A stretch of DNA of 6,778 nt from Candidatus Micrarchaeia archaeon (GCA_049966395.1 JBMFUT010000025.1:1-6778); one strand, 5' to 3'; positions 1 through 6,497 are shown, numbered from the stretch's first letter. Numbers and translations are program-made. Notes: generated by a model from the letters alone, not told the origin.

Positions 1-54
1 TTCGCTTTCATCCCACCTCTAAAGAGTGTGGGATTTCTCGCTCACATTGTTAAA
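1..54 (-). mobile_element. Probable terminus (likely left end) of an IS200/IS605-family element or derived MITE extending beyond the left edge of the window
   Basis: Imperfect hairpin ATCCCAC(10-16)-CTC-TAAA-GAG-T-GTGGGAT(28-34) with a single bulge. The minus strand reads TTTAA|CAATGTGAGCGAGAAATCCCACACTCTTTAGAGGTGGGATGAAAGCGAA, resembling the GAAA-stem-TTTA-loop-stem-GGGATGAA subterminal hairpins of this family. TTTAA (50-54) is a plausible target motif. No transposase is visible in the window. Confidence 0.55.
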
Positions 55-67
55 CCTAACTAAAAAT

Positions 68-82
68 AATAGAATTTAAATT
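68..82 (+). promoter_or_regulatory. Putative archaeal BRE/TATA promoter of the sulfatase-like gene
   Basis: Purine-rich AATAGAA followed by TTTAAA (75-80), about 48 nt upstream of ATG 128. The region is AT-rich, so specificity is low. Confidence 0.35.
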
Positions 83-127
83 TTTGCCTTGCAATAAGTA
101 ATTACCAATTTACTTCGGCGAATTTTA

Positions 128-1555
128 ATGCAGAGGCCAAATATAATTTTTGTAATGCTTGATACTGTAAGGGCGGACGTCCTTGACATTTACGGGGGAA
201 AAACAAAAACAAGGACAATGAGCAAGATAGCAAAGAAGGCAGCAGTATATGAAAATGCCATTGCACCCGGCACATATACAGTACCTTCTCATGTCTCGTT
301 ATTCACAGGCAAAAGAGTAAAGGAAATACCTAGTTTGACAAAGGACCCGATGAAATACAGCGATCAAAACACAGATCCATTCCTTGTCAAATCCAAATAT
401 GTCAATGAGTCTGAAATGACGCTTGCCAAGCGCATGCGGTATCTTGGGTATGACACCGCGATGTTTTCAAACAACCCATTTGTGTCAAAGGCGACTGGCA
501 TAGCAAACGGCTTCGGCTACGTGGAAAACCTTTGGCTTGAAGACATGGTAGAGAACAACAGGCCTTTTGTAAAAAATGTACTCAGGATCATAGAAAGAGA
601 TAGGGTAAGGAAGTCTCTGATAAGGATTGCATACGAGATTTCGCGCCTCATGCCGAGCGAAACTTTGAACAGTATATACATGAAACTACGAACAACGCTT
701 AATGTGAAATTCGCCAAGGAGTATGGCTTTTACAGGCTCGACAAGGGCGCGGCAAAGACGAACGCAGCCATATCTAGATATCTTTCGAACTCCGGCAAAA
801 ATCCTGTTTTCATGTTCGTAAATTACATGGAAGCGCATGAAGGGTATCCCACTTCGCTCATAACTAAGAGGTATGTGGAGCAGGACAAATGGCTTCATCT
901 CAGCGGATTAAAGGGCAAGGATGATCTGCCTGTGATAAAAGAAGCATATTCGAAAAGGATTGAGTACTTGGACACTCAGGTAGGAAGGCTTATCGGCATA
1001 CTAAGGGAAAAAGGAATTCTTGACAATGCCGTCTTGGTGCTCGCAAGCGACCACGGGCAGGCTTTCATGGAACACGACATAATGTACCACAACATGTTCC
1101 CTTACAACGAGGTGTCCCGTGTGCCGCTGATAAGCGCAAAATTTGAGGATGGCAAGCAGGTAGACATACGCGAGCGCGTTAGCAATTTCGTGGGGCTTTC
1201 GGCGCTATACGACTCTATTCTTGGCATAGGCATAGGAAGGCAGGACGAAGTCAATGGAAACCTACGCAGGGACAACTTCGTGTTTTCAGACCACGTTGGA
1301 ATAACAGAGGTGTGGGACTTGCAACTGCTAAAACTCATAAAGGGCAGGTCAAGATATGCAAATGCCATATATAATACCAAAAAGTACCACAACACCTTCG
1401 CGACCGCGGTCTACTACAAGAATTTCAAGCTCGTTCACTTCTTCAACGGAAATATCAAAGACAAAATGTACAACCTGTCAGAAGACCCTGAGGAAAAAGA
1501 GGATATAATAGATAATAACAGGAGTCTAGCTCACATGATGGCCAGGACTGCTTAA
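128..1555 (+). CDS. Sulfatase-like hydrolase/transferase (alkaline phosphatase superfamily), Thr-nucleophile type
   Basis: 475 aa. N-terminal RPNIIFVMLDTVRAD metal-binding strand, active-site segment YTVPSHVSLFTG, GYDT motif, FMFVNYMEAH, YLDTQVGRL, LASDHGQAFMEH and C-terminal MYNLSEDPEEKED are all typical of sulfatase-fold proteins. No signal peptide. Confidence 0.85.
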   Translation: MQRPNIIFVMLDTVRADVLDIYGGKTKTRTMSKIAKKAAVYENAIAPGTYTVPSHVSLFTGKRVKEIPSLTKDPMKYSDQNTDPFLVKSKYVNESEMTLAKRMRYLGYDTAMFSNNPFVSKATGIANGFGYVENLWLEDMVENNRPFVKNVLRIIERDRVRKSLIRIAYEISRLMPSETLNSIYMKLRTTLNVKFAKEYGFYRLDKGAAKTNAAISRYLSNSGKNPVFMFVNYMEAHEGYPTSLITKRYVEQDKWLHLSGLKGKDDLPVIKEAYSKRIEYLDTQVGRLIGILREKGILDNAVLVLASDHGQAFMEHDIMYHNMFPYNEVSRVPLISAKFEDGKQVDIRERVSNFVGLSALYDSILGIGIGRQDEVNGNLRRDNFVFSDHVGITEVWDLQLLKLIKGRSRYANAIYNTKKYHNTFATAVYYKNFKLVHFFNGNIKDKMYNLSEDPEEKEDIIDNNRSLAHMMARTA

Positions 1556-1596
1556 AATGTACGGATTTGCCGCGAAATTGTCAATTCCTTTGCGCT

Positions 1597-2433
1597 TCAC
1601 GTGGATTTTAGCTCATTTATAATGTTCTTCATGTAGCCCTGCTGACATAAAGGCGGAGTAGAATTTGTAATTATACATATTTCGGCGCTCACCAGGTTTG
1701 CGGATCCTACCACATACTGCGATATAGTTGAATTCGTGTTGTTAAGCATTGCAATTATGCTGCTCCAGCTACTGTTCTGGAGGAGGGTAGGGTTGAAATT
1801 AGAACCCACTTGCATAGAATGGCCTGCAAAATCTACGAAAGGTATAGCGCCGCGGTAGCTCGGAGGCAGCGCGCTGTTATTAAGGTCATAAGTATCAAAG
1901 ATCTGCTGCTCCTGGGTCGTAAGGTTTTGCAGCGGCGCGTATCCGTTGGCTGAAAGCTTGTTTGTCGTAAGCTCTGCCGTAAGAAGCGAAATGTATCTGC
2001 TGTTGTAAGAAGAGTTGTAGAATGTGAAGGTTGGGGTATTTGGGGAATAATCGCTGGAACTAGAAGTCATGTAGTGCAGAGAGGTGAAGTTGCCGAATCT
2101 TGAAAGCGCCAGAACCAGCCCCCACCTTTCTGCGGCGCAGTAAGGGCAGTAATCCGCGCCTATGTAAACTATTGCAGGCTTTCCGTATATTGAGATTGCG
2201 GGCGCATTTATGACTGTTGGAAAATTGGAGGCGCTGCCTATGCCTACTTTGGCGAATACCGAATTTGGCAGGTGCAGCGCGGCGAGCATGCTGGAATTTA
2301 GCGCTACATTGTCCATGCTTACCAAATACTTAGAATTTGATTGTGAAGAACTGCTTTTAATTGCAATATTCGCTGCCATCAAAGAAGCCGCTATTACTAT
2401 TGCGATTATAGTATATACTGCAATCCTGTTCAT
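1597..2433 (-). CDS. Membrane-anchored/exported thioredoxin-fold protein, DUF929-like
   Basis: 278 aa. Hydrophobic N-terminal anchor ([22 protein letters not shown]), Ser-rich linker, [33 protein letters not shown] motif that I recognise as DUF929-like, cis-Pro-like GAIPFVDF, and a second Cys pair near the C-terminus. Confidence 0.75.
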   Translation of the reverse strand: MNRIAVYTIIAIVIAASLMAANIAIKSSSSQSNSKYLVSMDNVALNSSMLAALHLPNSVFAKVGIGSASNFPTVINAPAISIYGKPAIVYIGADYCPYCAAERWGLVLALSRFGNFTSLHYMTSSSSDYSPNTPTFTFYNSSYNSRYISLLTAELTTNKLSANGYAPLQNLTTQEQQIFDTYDLNNSALPPSYRGAIPFVDFAGHSMQVGSNFNPTLLQNSSWSSIIAMLNNTNSTISQYVVGSANLVSAEICIITNSTPPLCQQGYMKNIINELKST

Positions 2434-2456
2434 AGATATAGTTTTTACTGGAAAGG

Positions 2457-2468
2457 ATATAAGCTTTG
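2457..2468 (-). promoter_or_regulatory. Putative BRE/TATA promoter giving a leaderless transcript of the DUF929-like gene
   Basis: The minus strand reads CAAAGC-TTATAT directly after the regulator's stop codon. The TATA ends 24 nt from ATG 2433, the spacing expected for leaderless archaeal mRNAs, and no SD is present. Confidence 0.5.
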
Positions 2469-3068
2469 CTAAGCCAGCGCTTTAAACAGGTCATATACAG
2501 TTATTATGCCTATTATTTTTTCATTTTCTGTTACGAGCACCGCATCCCACTGCTCAAGCATAGGTTTGAGTTTTATTATTGGTGTGTTCTTATCGAACTG
2601 CGGAAGAGATTCCTCGGCGACGTCGCCAACCTTCAGCCTCTTGAATGCCGAAGGGTTGTCCATGTATATCTTGAGTAGTTTTTTCTGGTATACCGTGCCA
2701 ACCGGGGCGCCCTTGTGCGTAATCACTGGCAGCTGCGAAAAGTCATTGGAATGCATAATGGTGAATGCCATGTAGGCGCTCTCTTCTGGCCTTACGAATG
2801 AAATATGCCTGTGCATTATGTCAGATGCTTTTTTCGATTTCAGCCTATCGCTGTCGCTGCCTGCATAGTTGTCTATGGCTTCTGCTATCTCGAAAAGTGT
2901 CACATAGCTTGGATTGAGCCTATTTGGCTCCTTCTCCAGTCTTGCTATCTCGCTTTGGCTCACTCCCGCAAGTTTTGCAAGCTGCTTCTGGCTAAGACCG
3001 AGTGCCTTCCTTGCATTTTTGATTCTCACTACAAAGAGCTCAAGAGGCTCCATTGCAATAATTACCAT
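2469..3068 (-). CDS. Transcriptional regulator with N-terminal XRE-type HTH and C-terminal CBS domain pair (COG3620-like). Alternative start at 3053.
   Basis: [36 protein letters not shown] is a canonical [35 protein letters not shown] and [21 protein letters not shown] are CBS repeats. Confidence 0.9.
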   Translation of the reverse strand: MVIIAMEPLELFVVRIKNARKALGLSQKQLAKLAGVSQSEIARLEKEPNRLNPSYVTLFEIAEAIDNYAGSDSDRLKSKKASDIMHRHISFVRPEESAYMAFTIMHSNDFSQLPVITHKGAPVGTVYQKKLLKIYMDNPSAFKRLKVGDVAEESLPQFDKNTPIIKLKPMLEQWDAVLVTENEKIIGIITVYDLFKALA

Positions 3069-3079
3069 TAGTAATTATT
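3057..3079. promoter_or_regulatory. Candidate operator: perfect inverted repeat AATAATTAC-N5-GTAATTATT
   Basis: Arms at 3057-3065 and 3071-3079 are exact reverse complements. The site covers the start codon and predicted TSS of the HTH-CBS gene. Confidence 0.55.
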
Positions 3080-3092
3080 AGTGTAAAAACAA

Positions 3093-3102
3093 TTATATAT
3101 AA
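3093..3102. promoter_or_regulatory. Palindromic TATA box TTATATATAA, probably shared by the divergent regulator and mat genes
   Basis: Perfect 10-bp palindrome in the 64-bp divergent gap, 25 nt from ATG 3068 and 31 nt from ATG 3133. A-rich BRE-like AAAAAC lies upstream on the + strand and GCAAG on the - strand. Confidence 0.6.
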
Positions 3103-3132
3103 CTTGCGGCCATTCATAAGCATAGGGATTGC

Positions 3133-4329
3133 ATGAAGAATATCGCAGTGCACGCACTAGACTCTATTCCAATAGAAAAACGTGACATAGAGTTCGTAGA
3201 AAGGAAGGGAGTAGGTCATCCAGACAGCCTGATTGACGGCATCGTAGAGTCTGTAAGCCGCGAACTTGGAAAGGAGTATCTTTCAAATGCAGGCGCAGTC
3301 TTGCATCACAACGTCGATAAAGGATTGATAATAGGAGGCGCTTCGGAAGCGCGCTTTGGCTACGGCAGGATAACTAAACCAATTGAAGTCATAATCACAG
3401 GTAGGGCGACTGAATATTTCGAAGGCAAAAATTTCGATGTAAACGGTATTGCAAGGCGCACTGCTGAGAAATACCTCAAGGAGCACACCAGGTTCCTCGA
3501 TATCGAAAGCGAAGTGAAAATAGAATCTAAAATAGCAAAGGGAAGCGCTGACCTGCAGCACATTTTCATGCGTGGCAACGGCATTGCACTAGCAAACGAC
3601 ACATCGTTTGGAGCTGGTTTCGCGCCGCTGAGCGACACGGAAAGGCTTGTACTTGAGGCAGAGAATTATCTTAACAGCCGCGAATACAAGTCAAGGATGC
3701 CTATGGCTGGCGAAGACATAAAAGTAATGGGCGCAAGGGAAAAGGACAGCATCAACTTGACCATTGCAATAGCATTTGTGGCGCCTCTTGTTAAAGACTT
3801 GGACGATTACGTTTCGGCAAAGGAAAGAATAAGAAAGGACGTGCTCTCTTTCTCAAAGAAGATAACCGAAAAGAAAGTTGACGTTGAGATAAACACTGGG
3901 GATTCAATAGAAAAGCAGGTTGTTTATCTTACAAAATCTGGGCTGAGCTGCGAAGCTGGAGACGACGGATCAGTTGGTAGAGGAAATAGGGTAAATGGTC
4001 TAATAACTCCTTTCAGGAGCATGAGCCTAGAGGCCGCAGCCGGGAAGAACCCGATAAGCCATGTGGGCAAGATATACAACATATTTGCAATGCTGCTTTC
4101 CGAAGCAATAGTGAAAGAATATCCAGACATAGACGAATGCGACGTTGCGCTGCTTTCTCAGATAGGAAGAAGGATAGACGACCCGAAGAGCCTGTCCATA
4201 GGTATAGTGGCTGACGACAACATATACAAAAGCGTAAATAGCAAGGTTGCATACATGGCAGAGCAGTGGCTGGAGGGGATAGGCAAAATCACAGAAAAAA
4301 TATACGAAGGCAAGTACCCTACATTCTGA
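3133..4329 (+). CDS. mat: Archaeal-type S-adenosylmethionine synthetase (methionine adenosyltransferase)
   Basis: 398 aa with the family motifs EFVERKGVGHPDS, LHHNVDK, ANDTSFGAGFAPLS, GEDIKVMG, EAGDDGSVGRGNRVNGLITP and EAAAGKNPISHVGKIYN. Confidence 0.97.
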   Translation: MKNIAVHALDSIPIEKRDIEFVERKGVGHPDSLIDGIVESVSRELGKEYLSNAGAVLHHNVDKGLIIGGASEARFGYGRITKPIEVIITGRATEYFEGKNFDVNGIARRTAEKYLKEHTRFLDIESEVKIESKIAKGSADLQHIFMRGNGIALANDTSFGAGFAPLSDTERLVLEAENYLNSREYKSRMPMAGEDIKVMGAREKDSINLTIAIAFVAPLVKDLDDYVSAKERIRKDVLSFSKKITEKKVDVEINTGDSIEKQVVYLTKSGLSCEAGDDGSVGRGNRVNGLITPFRSMSLEAAAGKNPISHVGKIYNIFAMLLSEAIVKEYPDIDECDVALLSQIGRRIDDPKSLSIGIVADDNIYKSVNSKVAYMAEQWLEGIGKITEKIYEGKYPTF

Positions 4330-4332
4330 GGT

Positions 4333-4638
4333 TCAGCTTATAGACATCTCTATCTGCACGGTGTCAGGGACTGGTATTCTCATTACCTGCCTGAGCGCCT
4401 GCTCCGTGCCTTCTATTTCAACAAGCCACTTGTATATTCTCATTTCCCAGTGCTCGAAAGTATGGCTCCCGTCGCCGCACGGCGTCTTCCTCACTGGAAC
4501 CACAAGCTTCCTTGTGGGAAGAGGTATGGGCCCCTTGTATTTTATGCCTGCGGCCTTTGCTATGTCTATTATCTGCCTGGCTATGCTGCTTGCATCCTTT
4601 GAATCCTTGCTTATGAGCTTTATTCTTGCCACAGGCAT
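4333..4638 (-). CDS. rps10: 30S ribosomal protein S10 (uS10), archaeal type
   Basis: 101 aa with ARIKLIS, KGPIPLPTRKL, RKTPCGDGS..WEMRI and ALRQVMRIPVPD.V.IE. Lies 12 nt downstream of tuf, the conserved archaeal order. GTGAT RBS-like element upstream. Confidence 0.96.
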   Translation of the reverse strand: MPVARIKLISKDSKDASSIARQIIDIAKAAGIKYKGPIPLPTRKLVVPVRKTPCGDGSHTFEHWEMRIYKWLVEIEGTEQALRQVMRIPVPDTVQIEMSIS

Positions 4639-4650
4639 CCTATCACGCGC

Positions 4651-5922
4651 TTACGCCGTCTTCTTCACCACGTCAAGCACTATTCCCGCAGCTACTGTCT
4701 GGCCCATGTCCCTTATTGCGAACCTCCCAAGTGGAGGGAAATCGCCGTACTTCTCCACTACCACAGGCTTTGTAGGCTTTATCTTCACTATTGCCGCGTC
4801 TCCGTTCTTTATGAAGTCGGGGTTCTTCTGAAGAGTCTGGCCTGTCTTAGGATCCTTCTTTTCTACTATCTCTGTTATGGTGGCCGCTATTTGAGCAGTG
4901 TGGATGTGGAATACTGGGGTATACCCTGCCGCTATGGCAGTAGGGTGGTTTATAACTACTATCTGCGCAGTAAACTCGTCTACCACTGTCGGAGGGTTGC
5001 TTGCCGGACCGACTACGTCTCCGCGCTTTATGTCTTTCTTGTCGACTCCTTTTATGTTGAAGCCCACGTTGTCTCCTGGTTCAGCCTGCTGAAGCTGCTG
5101 GTGATGCATTTCTATGCTCTTGACATCGGTCTTTATTCCGCTCGGCATTATTACTATCTGGTCTCCCGGCTTCATTACTCCTGTTTCTACTCTTCCCACA
5201 GGCACCGTGCCGAAGCCTGATATGCTGTACACATCCTGTATTGGCAGCCTGAGAGGCTTGTCCAATGGCTTAGGAGGCACCTTGAGCGTATCAAGCGCTT
5301 CCAAAAGCGTAGGCCCATTGTACCATGGCATCTTGTCGCTCTTTGCGTTGACGTTAATGCCTTCAAGCGCCGAATAAGGAACAAAAAGTATGTTGCTCGT
5401 GTCGTATCCAACTGTCTTTAGAAGGTTGCTTATCTGGGCCTTTACCTCGTCGTACTTTGCCCTGTCGTAGTTGGCCTTGTCCATCTTGTTTATGCCGACT
5501 ATTAGCTGGTTTATGCCGAGCACTTTTGCAAGGAAAGCGTGCTCCCTTGTCTGCGACTGCACGCCGTCAGGGCACGAAATCACAAGCACCGCGGCATCTG
5601 CCTGGCTTGCGCCAGTGATCATGTTCTTTACAAAGTCCCTGTGGCCAGGGGCGTCTATTATTGTGAAGTAGTACTTTGGAGTCTGGAACTCCTTGTGCGC
5701 TATGTCTATTGTAATACCTCTTTCTCGCTCCTCCTTGAGCTGGTCCATGACGAAGGCGAACTCGAAAGTAGGCCTGTTGTATTTTGCCACCTCGTCCTTC
5801 ATTTTCTTCATGTCCTGCTCTGATATCGCCTTTGTCTCGTAAAGAAGCCTTCCTACTGTCGTTGACTTTCCGTGGTCTATGTGCCCTATAAAGATTAAAT
5901 TCATGTGTGGTTTTTCTGCCAT
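4651..5922 (-). CDS. tuf: Translation elongation factor EF-1 alpha (aEF-1A), 423 aa. True start is probably 5922 (MAEKPH), not 5949.
   Basis: [76 protein letters not shown] and [16 protein letters not shown]. An SD precedes ATG 5922. It has the short DGVQSQT form without the GEFEAG insertion of TACK archaea and eukaryotes. Confidence 0.98.
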   Translation of the reverse strand: MAEKPHMNLIFIGHIDHGKSTTVGRLLYETKAISEQDMKKMKDEVAKYNRPTFEFAFVMDQLKEERERGITIDIAHKEFQTPKYYFTIIDAPGHRDFVKNMITGASQADAAVLVISCPDGVQSQTREHAFLAKVLGINQLIVGINKMDKANYDRAKYDEVKAQISNLLKTVGYDTSNILFVPYSALEGINVNAKSDKMPWYNGPTLLEALDTLKVPPKPLDKPLRLPIQDVYSISGFGTVPVGRVETGVMKPGDQIVIMPSGIKTDVKSIEMHHQQLQQAEPGDNVGFNIKGVDKKDIKRGDVVGPASNPPTVVDEFTAQIVVINHPTAIAAGYTPVFHIHTAQIAATITEIVEKKDPKTGQTLQKNPDFIKNGDAAIVKIKPTKPVVVEKYGDFPPLGRFAIRDMGQTVAAGIVLDVVKKTA

Positions 5923-5927
5923 TAGAT

Positions 5928-5934
5928 TCACCTT
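5928..5934 (-). promoter_or_regulatory. Shine-Dalgarno sequence of tuf (AAGGTGA)
   Basis: The minus strand reads AAGGTGA-ATCTA-ATG. AGGTGA is complementary to UCACCU at the 16S 3' end seen in this same window. Confidence 0.8.
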
Positions 5935-6022
5935 ACAAGCATAACGCAATATGACTAAAGCCCCCTAGCCAGCAAAGCTGACTAACAAGCCGATAATGCT
6001 TTAATTTATTTAGAGTAAATAA

Positions 6023-6036
6023 ATATAAACCTTTTG
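6023..6036 (-). promoter_or_regulatory. Putative BRE/TATA promoter of tuf-rps10
   Basis: The minus strand reads CAAAAGG-TTTATAT, a good archaeal BRE+TATA match. It predicts a TSS near 6000 and a 5' leader of about 75-80 nt. Confidence 0.6.
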
Positions 6037-6078
6037 CTGAAAATCCTCGAAAAATAGAGGGATGCAAGAAACCTTGTG

Positions 6079-6094
6079 GGGCAGGCGCCTGCCC
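6079..6094. repeat. Perfect 16-bp GC-rich palindrome GGGCAGGCGCCTGCCC, a possible 3' hairpin of the orphan ORF transcript
   Basis: Self-complementary, 13 nt after the stop of the 89-aa ORF, followed on the minus strand by GGTTTCTT and CTATTTTTC pyrimidine tracts. Confidence 0.5.
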
Positions 6095-6107
6095 TTGCTT
6101 GCCGCCA

Positions 6108-6377
6108 TTACTTCCTTCTCGAGTTGCTAAGTTCCTTCTCCAGTTCTTTGTTCTTTAATATTGCGGTAACACCATAAATAGTCCCTATGGCAGCATAAAC
6201 AATGCCGAATATTTTAGAATATTTAGATATATCTTCTGAAAAAAGAAATGCTGCACCACTAAACCACAATAATGAAAGAAAAGTATCTCCGCGCACAGTT
6301 ACTAAATTTTTCAAAATATTTAGTTTTTGCTCTTCTAGTTCTTCTTCAATTTTTCTAGAATAATAATAATCCTCCAT
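6108..6377 (-). CDS. Small hypothetical membrane protein (two hydrophobic segments, charged termini)
   Basis: 89 aa with hydrophobic stretches FLSLLWFSGAAFLF and IFGIVYAAIGTIYGVTAIL, an acidic N-terminus and a basic C-terminus. It has a BRE/TATA upstream. No family recognised. Confidence 0.65.
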   Translation of the reverse strand: MEDYYYSRKIEEELEEQKLNILKNLVTVRGDTFLSLLWFSGAAFLFSEDISKYSKIFGIVYAAIGTIYGVTAILKNKELEKELSNSRRK

Positions 6378-6407
6378 GATACCACAAATATATTGCGCCG
6401 TTTGTGA

Positions 6408-6423
6408 TATTTAAATGTTTTTT
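6408..6423 (-). promoter_or_regulatory. Putative BRE/TATA promoter of the 89-aa ORF
   Basis: The minus strand reads AAAAAACA-TTTAAATA, ending 31 nt from ATG 6377. Confidence 0.5.
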
Positions 6424-6483
6424 AAAATTAAAATTTGTACAACTTTTTTGCTATTTTGCAAACCGCACAACGCGCATGCCGAC

Positions 6484-6497
6484 GAAAAACAGAAAGG
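6484..6497 (-). terminator. Possible oligo-U/pyrimidine-rich terminator of the 16S precursor transcript
   Basis: The minus strand reads CCTTTCTGTTTTTC about 60 nt past the 16S 3' end, just after the palindrome AGTCTCGAGACT (6499-6510). Confidence 0.35.

Noticed and set aside
517..1395. Minus-strand ORFs 517-717, 686-898 and 1102-1395
   Set aside because: Fully inside the sulfatase-like CDS on the opposite strand, with no protein-like features.
1597..3068. HTH-CBS and DUF929-like genes as a functional operon or toxin-antitoxin pair
   Set aside because: The DUF929-like gene has its own well-placed BRE/TATA, and nothing links the two functions beyond co-orientation.
2210..3071. ORFs 2210-2485, 2466-2678, 2506-2775 and 2805-3071 on +
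   Set aside because: Antisense to the well-supported DUF929-like and HTH-CBS genes. Their hydrophobicity mirrors the real genes' codons.
3069..3132. SAM riboswitch upstream of mat
   Set aside because: The gap is only 64 bp, AT-rich and occupied by promoter elements, leaving no room or consensus.
3283..4252. Minus-strand ORFs within mat
   Set aside because: Antisense shadows of a conserved enzyme gene.
4361..5823. Several + strand ORFs (4361-4831, 4891-5220, 4898-5092, 5114-5377, 5471-5671, 5539-5823) and the alternative-frame minus ORF 5187-5411
   Set aside because: Antisense or frame shadows of tuf and rps10 with no recognisable motifs.
5923..5949. N-terminal extension MRYACKVNL of the EF-1A ORF
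   Set aside because: Homologues begin at MA(E)KPH and a good SD (AAGGTGA) precedes ATG 5922, so the upstream ATG lies in the leader.
6112..6145. Direct repeat TTCCTTCTC(G/C)AGTT at 6112-6125 and 6132-6145 as a possible target-site duplication
   Set aside because: The copies are only 20 nt apart and inside the Glu/Lys/Arg-rich ORF tail. They do not flank an inserted element.
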